A stretch of 64,000 nucleotides of DNA from Anaeramoeba ignava BMAN (Eukaryota; Protista; Anaeramoebae), in contig JAPDFW010000073.1 in NCBI GenBank assembly GCA_028826165.1, positions 310,001 through 374,000 of the forward strand, written 5' to 3'. Both the position numbers and the translations under genes were made by a program. How positions within the stretch are numbered: the first letter of the stretch is position 1; each line of letters opens with the position of its first letter. Below the pieces are notes generated by a model. The model saw nothing but the letters and a program-made list of their open reading frames with translations, did not search any database and was not told the DNA's origin. Positions 22,854 through 35,010 of the stretch are shown here, piece after piece.

Positions 22854-22968
22854 CAAAGCGAATTATTTTTTTGAATCCAAAAAAGAAAAAAATTTTTTTA
22901 CATTTTTTCATTTTTTTCATTTTTTCATTTTTTCATTTTTTAAAAATTTTTAAATTCAAAACAAAAAA

Positions 22969-24774
22969 ATGGCATGTTCATCAATATTCATTTTTGATTC
23001 AAAAGGAAAAGCATTAATCACACGAAATTACCGGAACGATACATTTTTAGGGCAAGCCAAACGGTACATTTCGCATTTACTTGAGCAAGCAGAAGAAAAC
23101 GAGAAGTGTCCAATTAGTGAAGAAAAAGACGGAGTAACCTTTATATACGTTGAGCACAATTCACTGTATTTTGTTGCAGCCACGCGATACAACACAAACG
23201 CAGCAATTGTTGTTGAGTTTCTTTACAGCATTATCAAAGTATTTCAGGATTATTTCAAAGAAGTTGAAGAAGAAAGTATTTCTGATAATTTTGTTTTGAT
23301 TCACCAACTTTTGGATGAAATGATGGATTTCGGTTATCCTCAATTTTCAGAGGCAAAGGTCCTTCAGGAATATATTGTTTCTGAAACTCATAAGCTTGTT
23401 ACTTCTGAAAATACTAGTGTTCCTATTGCTGTAACTGGTCAAGTTTCTTGGAGAAAAGAAGGTATTTCGCATAAAAAAAATCAGGTTTATATTGATGTTA
23501 TTGAGAAAATTAAAATGACTATTTCTGAACATAATCGTGTTTTAAAGTAATTATTATTTCAAATCAAAATAAAAATTAAAATTCATTTATAAAATCAAAA
23601 TTCATTTTAAAATTAAAATTAAAATTAAAATTAAAATTAAAATTCAAATTAAAATTAAAATTAAAATTAAAATTAAAATTAAAATTAAAATTAAAATTAA
23701 AATTAAAATTAAAATCAAAATCAAAAACAAAATCAAAATTAAAATTAAAATTTAAAATTAAAATTAAATTTAAAATTAAAATTAAAATTAAAATTAAAAT
23801 TAAAATTAAAATTAAAATTAAAATTAAAATTAAAATTAAAATTAAAATCAAAATTAAAATCAAAATTAAAATTAAAATTAAAATTTAAAATTAAAATTAA
23901 AATTAAAATTAAAATTAAAATTAAAATTAAAATCAAAATTAAAATTAAAATTAAAATTAAAATCAAAATTCATTTTAGTTCTGAAATTATTGGTTCAATT
24001 ATGTTAAATACAGAACTTACTGGAACTCCTCATTGTCATTTAGGATTAAATGATAAAATTAGACTTGAAAAGAAAAGCAGTTGTAAATTAAAATTAAAAA
24101 TTAAATTAAAAAAAATTAAATTAAATAAAAATTAAATTAAAAAATTCAAAAAAATTAAATTGAAAAATTCAAAAGCAAAAAAACTTAAAAGTTCTCAAAT
24201 GGATGATATAAAATTCCATCAATGTGTCCGACTTTCCAAATTTGATAGCGATCGGTCAATAACATTTATTCCACCAGATGGACCATTTGAATTATTATCA
24301 TATCGAGTATCACGAATAACAAAACCATTATTCACAATTGAAAGTATGATTGAAAGACATCCTGGATCAAGAATAGAATATCTTCTTAAAGTGAAATCTT
24401 TATTTCGCTCAAACGCAACAGCAACAAATGTTCATGTTTTTATACCAGTAAATGAAAACGCAGATTCTCCAAAAATTAAATCAAGTTCTGGAAAATGTAA
24501 ATATGAACCACAAAGTAATCAAATGAATTGGTGGTTCAAAAATTTCGAAGGAGGAAAAGAACACACAATGAGAGCTCATTTTGGATTGTCTTCTTTCGAT
24601 CGAAAAGAAGCTGATAAACGTCCTATTACTATTTCTTTTGAAATTCCTTATGAAACCGTTACTGGAATTAGAGTTAAATTTTTAAAGATTCAAGAGAAAT
24701 CTGGTTATACAGCATTACCATGGATTAGATATCTAGTAATTGGAGAACCAGGTGCTTATGAAATAAGAATTTGA
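22969..24774 (+). CDS. AP1M: AP-1 adaptor complex medium (mu) subunit (exons 22969-23546, 23979-24082, 24176-24774)
   Basis: DSKGKALITRNYR, EESISDNFVLIHQLLDEMMDFGYPQ, VSWRKEGI, LGLNDK, DDIKFHQCVRL, FIPPDG, KSGYTALPWIRY. Splicing restores the frame. Confidence 0.92.
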
Positions 24775-24964
24775 GGGAAAAAAATTTTTTTACTTTTCGG
24801 GAAAGTTTTTTTTTTGTTTAAAATTTTTTTCTCCTTTAAAATTTTTTCTTCATTTTTTTTTTTTTAAATTTTTCTTCATTAAAAAATTTCTTCTTTTCAA
24901 AATTAATTTTTTTTCATTTTTTCATTTTTTCATTTTTTCATTTTTTCATTTTTTTCTTTTGTTT

Positions 24965-27530
24965 ATGAAATTTCCAGATAGTGATCCTTCAATTATAGAT
25001 TCTACTGAATCAGGTAGTGATGACGAAAGTCAACATGAAAAAAAAACTGAACCAACATTAACTTATCATGCACCTTGGCAAGTATACGGATTATCATGGT
25101 GTGAAAAACCAGATACATTTACACTTGCAATTGGATCTTATACTGAACAATTAAAAAATCAAATGCAAATTATTGATTTTAATGAAGAAAATCAACAATT
25201 TTCTGTTGTTTCTACTTTTGAACAATTTTATCCCCCTACAAAAATTAAATGGATTCCCCATATTGCTAATACCCCAAATCTTTTGGCTTCTACTAGTGAT
25301 TCTTTACGTTTGTGGGAAAGTAAAGATGATAATGTTGAGCTTCGTTGTGAAATGAAAAGTGTATTTATTTTGAAATTAATATTGAAATTAAAATTCATTT
25401 TGAAATCAATATTTAAATTAAAATTCATTTATAAAATTAAAATTAAAATTAAAATTAAAATTAAAATTAAAATTAAAATTAAAATTAAATTTTAAAATTA
25501 AAATTAAAATTAAATTTAAATTTAAATTAAAATTAAAATTAAAATTAAAATTAAAATTAAAATTAAAATTAAAATTCATTTTGAAATTAATATTAAAATT
25601 AAAATTAATATTTAAATTAAAATTAAAATTAAAATTTAAAATTAATATTTAAATTAAAATTAAAATTAAAATTAAAATTAAAATTAATATTCATTTTGAA
25701 ATTAAAATTAAAATTAAAATTAAAATTAATTTTGAAATTAAAATTAAAATTAAAATCAAAATTAAAATTCATTTTGAAATTAATATTTAAATTAAAATTA
25801 TAATTAAAATTAAATTCAGAATCCTTCAATGGAACATTCAGCACCATTAACTTCATTTGATTGGAGTAAACAAGATCCCAGAATTATTGGAACATCTTCA
25901 ATAGATACTACATGTATTATCTGGGATATTGAAACACAAACAACAACAACACAAATAATTGCACATGATAAAGAAGTTTATGATATTGCATTTTTTGGAG
26001 GAAATAATTCTGTTTTTGGATCAGTTGGTGCAGATGGTTCATTTAGAATGTTTGATTTAAGACGTTTAGAACATTCTACTATTATGTATGAAAGTGCTAA
26101 TTTTAATCCAATTGCTAGATTGGCTTGGAATAATAGAGATTTCTTTTATGTTGCTTTAATTTTATTAGATCAACAAAAAGTCGAAATTCTTGATATTAGG
26201 TTTGAAAATTTTTACAAAAACATGAAATATTTATAAAATATTTAAATTCAAAAAAATATTTAAATTCAAAAAAATATTTAAATTTAATTCAATTCAATTA
26301 AAATAAATATTTAAATCCAATTAATATTTAAATTAAAATAAATATTTAAATTCAATTCAATTCAATTAAAATAAATATTTAAATTAAAATAAATATTTAA
26401 ATTCAATTCAATTAAATTCAATTCAATTAAAATAAATATTTAAATTCAATTCGATATTTAAATTCAATTAAATTCAATTCAAAAATATTTAAATTCAATT
26501 AATATTTAAATTCAATAAATATTTAAATTCAATTCAATTCAATATTTAAATTCAATTAAATTCAATTCAATTAAAATAAATATTCAAATAAATATTTAAA
26601 TCCAAATAAATATTTAAATTAAAATAAATATTTAAATTAAAATAAATATTTAAATTTAAAAATATTTAAATTCAAAAATATTTAAATTCAATTCAATTCA
26701 AATAAATATTTAAATTCAATTAAATTCAAATAAATATTTAAATTCAATTCAATTAAAATAAATATTTAAATTCAATTCAATTAAATTCAAAATAAATATT
26801 TAAATTCAATTCAATTAAATTCAATTCAATTAAATTCAATTCAATATTTAAATTAAAATAAATATTTAAATTCAATTCAATATTTAAATTAAAAAAATAT
26901 TTAAATTAAAAATAAATATTTAAATTCAAAATAAATATTTAAATTCATATAAATATTTAAATTCAATTCAATATTTAAATTCAATAAATAATTCAATTCA
27001 ATTCAATTAAAATAAATATTTAAATTCAATTCAATTCAAATAATATTTAAATTAAATAAATATTTAAATTCAATTCAATTCAATTAAAATTAATATTTAA
27101 ATTCAATTCAATTAAATTCAAATAAATATTTAAATTCAATTAAATTCAAATAAATATTTAAATTCAATTCAATTCAAATAAATATTTAAATTCAATTAAA
27201 TTCAAATAAATATTTAAATTCAAATAAATATTCAAATTAAAAATATTTTGATTTAAAAGATCTCCATCACTTCCAATAGCTACACTTGATCGTCATGAAG
27301 ATTCTGTTAATGCTATTTCATGGGCACCACATTCTTCTTGTCATATATGTAGTTGTGGAGATGATTCACAAGTATACATTTGGGATATTTCTACAATTCC
27401 AAATCCAATTGAAGATCCATTTCTAAGATATTTTTCAAATTCACCAATAAATCAAATTGAATGGTCTCCTTCAAATAATGAATGGATTGCAATTGCTTCT
27501 GATTCAACAGTTCAAGCTTTAAGAATTTAA
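24965..27530 (+). CDS. DCAF7: DCAF7/WDR68 (AN11/TTG1 family) WD40 protein (exons 24965-25360, 25820-26199, 27260-27530)
   Basis: [95 protein letters not shown]. Confidence 0.95.
26200..27259. repeat. Intronic compound microsatellite (AATATTTAAATTC / AATTC units)
   Basis: Fills the 1.06-kb second intron of DCAF7. Confidence 0.9.
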
Positions 27531-27690
27531 TCAATCAATTTAATTTTTCACCTTTTTTTTTTTAAAACATTTTTTAAACATTTTTTAAACATTTTTTTTT
27601 CTTTTCTTTTGTAAAAATTAATTAAATAATTAAAAAATCATTTTTCATTTTTCATTTTTCATTTTTCATTTAATAATTTAATTTAAAAAA

Positions 27691-29401
27691 ATGAATTTAG
27701 ATTCTTTTAATTTTTTAGAATTTTTTAATAAACAAAATATGCTTTGGGAAAATAGAAAAATTTTATTTCAAATTTTAAGAGAATCTTTATTATTAAGAGA
27801 TTTTTTTACAGCTTCACAAATTATTAATTCAATTTTTGAATTTTTTCAAGATGATTTGTAATTAGAATTTTATTATTTAAAAACAAATTTTAATTTTAAT
27901 TTTAATTTTAATTTTTATCTTTATTTTTTTTTTTGAATTAGTGTTTTTCAAATTATTTTCCCAAGTGTTTTTTATTTATTAAATAAAACAGATAATCCAG
28001 AAATTGTTGAACAAATTCCAGATTTATTTCAATTATTAATTCGAAATTTAAAAATTAATAAAGTGAATTAAAAATTAAAATTAAAATTCATTTATAAAAT
28101 TAAAATTAAAATTAAAATTAAAATTAAAATTTAAAATTTATTCTTTTTTTGAAGAGATTTCGAATTTTGTTGGAATATTCTTTATATTCAATTTTAAAAG
28201 ATGATTTTGATTTTGTTGAAAAAATTTTATTAGAGTATGAAATGAAATGAAATGAAATGATTATAAAATTTATATAAATTTATTTAAATTTATTTAAATT
28301 TCTTTAAAAGATACAAACTTATTAGAAAATTTGAAGAACATTTTCAATATGGATTTATTGGATTAATTAAATATGAAGAATGGGAAAAATCAAAATCAAA
28401 AGTATCTTCTGAAAGTGCAAGAATGAATCTTTCTTTAGCACTTCCAGATTTACCACATGAAGCTTTTGCTTTATATCTTGGAAATGTACAAGAAAAATTT
28501 AAATGAAAAATTTAAAATGAAAAATTTTAAATGAAAAAATTTAAAAATAAATTTAAAAAAAATTTAAAATCAAAAGTTACTTATTCATGAAAATAGATAC
28601 CATGAAGCTTTTGTATATATAAATAGATTCCGTTTGACAAAAAAAAATGATCCAAATCCTGAAAAAATTCTTTCTTCTTTTATTCAAAAAACTGAAAAAT
28701 TAATTAATGAAGGATCTGATGTTTTAGAAGAATCTTTAATGAATAAAGAAGATCAAATCAAACTTCATGAAAATATTTTTGCAAAAGATCCAACTTCAAA
28801 TGATTCTTTTGCATTTCTTCTTCAAAAATATGAAGAAAATGAAGAAAATCAAAAATATCTTGAACTCATTCTTGATCGTTTGGATTATTTTAATGATGAT
28901 AAAAATTTATGGAAACTTTTGGTTTATTTCTTAGAAATTGAACACACAAAAATTATTGATTACATTCGGAAAAAAAAAAATCAAAATCAAAATTCAAATT
29001 CTGATAATGAGAATGATGAAGATGAAAAGAATAAAGTTGGATTTATTGAAAATAATATAAATCAAAAAATTTTTTATTATGATCTTGAAAAATCACCAAA
29101 ACCTTTATATTTTTTATCAAGCTTAATTTCAAATGTATTTTCATCAAGAATTGAATGGTGGCCAACTTTGCATTTCTCTTCTCATTCATTGAAAATTGAT
29201 TCAACAAAAATTATTCTTCTTAAATCAAAATGCTCTTTCTTGTTATTTGGAACAAGAAATCATGAACAATATTCCACTCAAAAAAATCAATATTTAAATG
29301 ATTCAATTTCTTTATTCATCAAAAAAAAGAACCGTCACGCTTTAAAAAAATTACAATCAAGTAGAATTCCATTAAATTTTATTAAAATTCAACTTTCTTA
29401 A
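27691..29401 (+). CDS. TAF1A (TAFI48)/Rrn11-like RNA polymerase I initiation factor subunit (5 exons)
   Basis: The spliced product contains LRESLLLRDFFTAS, LLEYSLY, GLIKYEEW, LDYFNDDKNLWKLL and SRIEWWPTLHFS...LLFG, matching my recollection of TAF1A motifs (LDF...AWKYL; SRKNWWPGFHFS). Confidence 0.65.
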
Positions 29402-29415
29402 AGTTCATTTTAAAT

Positions 29416-32400
29416 CTAAATTTTTTCAAGAGCTTTCTCAATTGAATTCATTTCTTCTTCACAAAATAATTTCTCAAGAATGTTTCTTAGATTTAAATCT
29501 GAATAATTTTGTAATAGATTTTTAGTTCCCAAGACAAAATATTCAGCTCCATTTGAATCTTCTTGATTCTCAATTCTTTGTGCATGAATCAATAAAGAAA
29601 AAACAACTTCATCTTCATTTTCATCTTCATTTTCATCAATTGATTCATAATTGAAAATAATATCTTCTGAAATATCAAGTATTTTAATACAAAGAATAAA
29701 ACTTCTTGACCAAACCAAATTCATTGAACCAAATGGATCAATTTCTGAAATCATTCTTGATAATCCAATCAAACATTCATTTTTATCAATTTCATCTTCA
29801 ATTTGACTGCAATTTGTTTCAATAATTTCTTCAAAAAATTCACTAAATTTTTTATTTGAATATTCTATCAATTCTATTGCTTTTTGAGTTTCATATTTAC
29901 CAATAAAATCTAAAACAAATATTGTAAACAATCGATTATATTTTGATATTTTGCATTGATTTAATCCATTTAAAAGTTTCTCAAAAATTTCTCCAATAAA
30001 TTGATTAAATTGCATTCTATTCCAAAAAAAACAAAAATAAAAATAATTACTAAAATAAATCAATTTGAAATTTTCAATTCAAAAACTTACAAATCAAATT
30101 GTTTTGAAATTAACAAAAGAAGTTCAAATCCAAATTCTTGAATTTTTGAAATTTCTAAACATTTACAAATAATAATCCAAAGTTGATTAAATACATTTTC
30201 TATTTCTTGATATGGTATTGAGAATTGAGTTATAAAAGAAGAAATAAACCGATTCATACAAGGAATTAATGAATAATTTTTTGAAACAATTTGTTCATGA
30301 AATGATTGTAAAATGAAAGAAAAAAAATTGGAAAATTTGACGAAATGATCTTGATTTTCATTTCCAAAAAATTCCATAATTTGTGAAGCAATTTGAATTG
30401 AATATTCTGCAAGTTGCTCATTATTATTGAAAAAAGTGAAATCAATCATTTGAAATTCTTTTTCAACAAATTCTGTAGAAACCATTTTCCTCTCAAATAC
30501 TATTGAATTGAAAACTGAAAGTAATTCAAAAACATAATAATTAAATTGTGAATTTTGAGAGTTTTTGATTAGCATTTCTACAACTCTACAAATTTGAATA
30601 AATAAATCATTAGCATAATTGAATATAAATTCTTTTGAAAGAAGAACAACAGTTAAAATTGCTAATTTATCAAAAAGAAAATGAAATGATAATTTTAATT
30701 GGAAATCAAAGTTTTTTTTTTTTTTTTTGCTTGAAAAATTGAAAATAAATCACCTTTCATTATAATTTCATTTAATTCATTTTCTTTTTCAAAAATATTC
30801 CATAAATTATTGAGCATTTCTTTGTAATAAATTTCAATAATTTCTCCTTTGAAATTCTTTGAGAATTTTCTTGATATATAAAACAACAATTTATCTATCA
30901 CATAAGCTGTATAAGTTTGGATTGCATAATTTGGGAATTGAAGTATTTTTATCAAAACAAGTAAAACTTGTTTAAAAATATCAAATGAAAAATTCTTTTT
31001 AAAAGTGAAAATGAACTTCAAACTATCCAAAACTAAAACACTATTGAAATTATCAAAACCATCATTTTCAAACTCTGGAAGAATAAATTCCTTCAAAATA
31101 TTCTCAACTGAATCGATATCCAAGTTTTTCCAAAGTGATAATAATAGATTAATTGAGATATTTTTGAATTCCCAATTTTCTTTTGGATTTTCTTGATATT
31201 TTTGGAAATGAAAATCAATTAAAGAAATTATTAAATTGAGACTAGATGTGTTCAATGAGCTATATTCTTGAACAAATTCAATAACAGCTCCTTTTCTAGT
31301 CAGTGAATCTTCATGACATCCTTCAATTTCCCATCTAATAAAATCTAATTGCTCATTTGTATTTATAGGAAAATTCTCTGTAAAATTAATATTTGGAACG
31401 ATAATCTTTTCAAATAAATTTTGTTGGTAATCTTCTTGTAAAATTTTTAAATTTTCAATCTTAAATTTTCTACATAAAATTGAGAAAAAATTTGTTCCAT
31501 AAATAAAAACCTATTGAATAAATATTAAATATTAAATATTAAAAATCAATATTAAATATTAATATAATTCCTTTTATTAATAATAACTTTATCAAATTTT
31601 TGTTCATTATCTGTATTAAGCAGAATATTAAATACAATTTCAATAAGAATTGAAGAATAATTTTCCATTTCAGTTGGATTTCTTATTGTAATAATTTTCA
31701 GAAATTTAATCAAAGAAACTTGGAATTTAATAAAATTTTCATCCTTTTTTTTTTAATTAATAAATTAAAATAAATTTTAAATTATTGTTGTTTTTAAAAA
31801 TTACAGTTGAAAAATTTGAATTGATTATAATTTTAGAAAAACTTGAAATTAATTCCTCCATATTTTTAAAATTGTTTCTTGGAATTCCATGGAAAAATAT
31901 TGAATAAAATATCTAAAACAAAGAAATTGTTTTTTTTGCCATTAATTAAAATTAAAGAAGATTCAGAACAAAAAGAAAAATCACTTTTAAAATTAATCTT
32001 AATATTTGAATTAAATCATCTACAGGTTGAATTGAATAATTTTCCACAATCAAATTAAATAATTGAAACAAAGAATTACAACTCTGAATAACTTCATTAA
32101 TTTCCTTTTCAAATTCCAAATTCATTGAATAATATTTATATCTAAAAAAAAAACAAATATTTTTTTTATTCTCTTCTTTTTAATCATTCAAATTTTTGGT
32201 TTTTTTCTTTTTTGAAAATTAAAAGATTTTTCACTTTTTTAAAATGGAATGAAGTATAAAACAAATGATCTTAATTTTTCCCAAATCATCATTATTTAAA
32301 TTCAATACAAGTTCCTGATTTTTTTTTTTTTTTGAATAATAAATTTTTTCTTTCTTTTAAAATGATCTAAAATATTATATTAAATACTGATAAAAGAGAA

Positions 32401-32909
32401 CTCCAATTTATTGGGAATTCATTTTGAGATATTATTCTAATAATCTCTACAAGTTGTTTTTGTATTCTAAATTGTGAATTAAATACAAGTAATAAAATAT
32501 TTTCTTTGATAAAATCAATTTCATTTTGAGCAACTTGAATTTTCTTTTAAAAATTAAAAAGAAATTTAATAATTAAATTTATGATAAAATTTTTAGTTAT
32601 TTTTATGTACTTGTTCAAAATGTTGTTTTAAGATATTTTTTAGCCATAAAATTGAGGCTAATTTTATTGATTGTGAAACATTTTGTTGCAAAAAATTAAA
32701 TAAATCTGTTACAAAATTAGATTTTTTTTGAAATGAATCCAAATCAATTAAAATTTCTATTTATATTTTTTTTTTCAAATTAAATTAAATTTTTAAATTT
32801 TTTTTTAATTTAATTTTTATTTACGTTTTTGAGTTTCTTGATTATTTGGAATTAAAGTTTGTTTAAAAATATTTTCTAAAAAATTAAATATTTGATTTTT
32901 TTCTTGCAT
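29416..32909 (-). CDS. CSE1L: Divergent exportin-2/CSE1-like importin-beta family protein (~10 exons, short introns)
   Basis: EFPINWSSLL, IRWEIEG...TRKGA, NPKENWEFKN, LDSLKFIFTFK, IQTYTAYVIDKL, NEIIMK and FNYYVFE occur in CSE1 order. Confidence 0.75.
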
Positions 32910-33023
32910 TTTAATTTTAAAAACAAAATGAAAAAATGAAAAAAAATAATTTTGGATTTTTTTCATTTTTTCATTTTTTCATTTTTTTATTTTCTAATTA
33001 ACAAAAAAAAAAAAAAAAGAAAA

Positions 33024-34752
33024 ATGGAAGAAAAAAAAGACTTAAATTTTTTAAAATCAACCAAACTTGTTTTAAATTATCTTGAAGAAAAAAAATACAC
33101 AAAATTAAAAACAAAACTTGAAAAAATTGCAAATATTGAAAAAAAAGCATTTCCAATTGAAATGAAAGAAAAAATTTTAAAAGGAGAATTTGAAACAGTT
33201 GAAAAAATGATAAAAAATTGCGATCCAAATGAATTATTTAAAGAATATTTAGAATTACAAAAACAAAGTTGGCAAATTGAGTTGAATAATCAAATAGAAG
33301 AAATTCCATTTCCTAGAGTAAATCAAAGCATGTGTTATGATGAAAAAAATGGAGTGATTTATTTACTTGGAGGAGATGATTCAATTGATCAATATAATGA
33401 TTTTTGGAGTTTTGATTTAAATACAAAAAAGTGGAGTTTAATTGATAATCATTTCCATTATATTAATGATTCAAATCAAAAGGAAATTGTTGATTCAAGT
33501 TTTAATGGATATTATAAGTTGTTTTTTGACTCAAAAAATGGGAAATTATATGCTTTCCAAATTTTAATTGATTCTCAATCCGATCAAGAAGAGAATTTCA
33601 AATTTTTTCAATATCAATTCGAAATGAATGTTTGGAAAACGATTGAATTTGAAAAAAAAGGTGATTTCCTGCTATTCAAGCATATTTATAATGAAATATT
33701 ATTTGATTCAAATGAAGGAAAATGTTATTGTTTTTGTGGAAATGAATTCCAAATTAATTCCTTTTATTGTTTTGATCTTAATAATTTGAATTGGATTCGA
33801 CTCAAAGAAATGAATCCAGAAAAAGAAGATGATTTCCAATTTTTTGTAGATAGAAATGATTGTAGTTTAATGATAGATGAAAATAATTTTGGCAAAAAAG
33901 TAAATTAAAAATTAATATAAAATTTATAATTAAAAAAAATTAATATTAAAATTAAAACTAAAACTAAAACAGACGATAATTATATGTGGAGGTTGTGGTA
34001 ATGATTTCCGTTCTGATTTGGTTCTTTATGATATTCAAAAAGGAAAAATTTCAACTCTTCATGAAAATATTTACAATTATGGAATCCAAAAAAATTCAAT
34101 GATTTATGGATTCAATAACGAAAAAGATGGTGAAATTTATATTTTAGCAATGAATAATGAAAGAAACATCAAAATTCCACAAAGAGAATTATGGAATTAT
34201 TCGATCAAATTGAATAAATGGAAAAAATGCAATTTAGAAACAAAATTCAACAAATCAAACCGAGAATTGAGTTGCAATATTACTCAAAGTTCAATGATTT
34301 ACGATCCAAAATCAAACTCAATATTTTCTTTTTTTGGCATTTTTCACAATCAATATCAAAAAGAAAATTCCGAAAAAAATTACTTTCCTGATCAATTTGA
34401 ACTTATTTCACCTTTTCATCCTCAAATTCAAATTCAAAAAAAAAAAGATCCAAAAATTCTTTTGGATGAAATTATTTTTGCTTTAAGAAAAAGAGCTTTT
34501 AAAGAAATGATTTATTCTCATACAAAAGAAGAGTCAACAAAATATTTTCAAGAAATGATTCAACCTTTATCGATTAAAGAAGATTTTTTTTCAAAAGAAG
34601 AAATGAAGAAATTGATTCAAAAACTTTATTTAAATGAAAAAATGAAAAAAAATAATGGATTGAAAAGAATTAAGAAAAGAAAGAAATTATCCGATTATTT
34701 ATTTAAATTTTTTCCTGAACAAGTTAAAGAGAAAATAGTTGATTTTCTTTAA
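33024..34752 (+). CDS. Muskelin-like LisH-CTLH-Kelch protein (exons 33024-33899, 33973-34752)
   Basis: KLVLNYLEEKKY, ILKGEFETVEKMI, PRVNQSMCYD...IYLLGG...DFWSF, C-terminal LFKFFP...IVDFL. Confidence 0.75.
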
Positions 34753-35010
34753 TCAATTCAAATTCAATAAAAACAAAAACAAATAAAAATAAAAATAAAA
34801 ACAAAAACAAAAATAAAAATAAAAATAAAAATAAAAATAAAAATTAAAAATAAAAATTAAAAATAAAAATAAAAATAAAAACAAAAATAAAAATAGAATT
34901 AAATTAAAAATAATTTTTCTTGAAAAATAAAAACTTCAGTATTTCTTTATAAAACTTTCAAAAAGAAAAACAAAACATTGAATTCAAAAAAAAAATATAA
35001 AAGTGGAATA

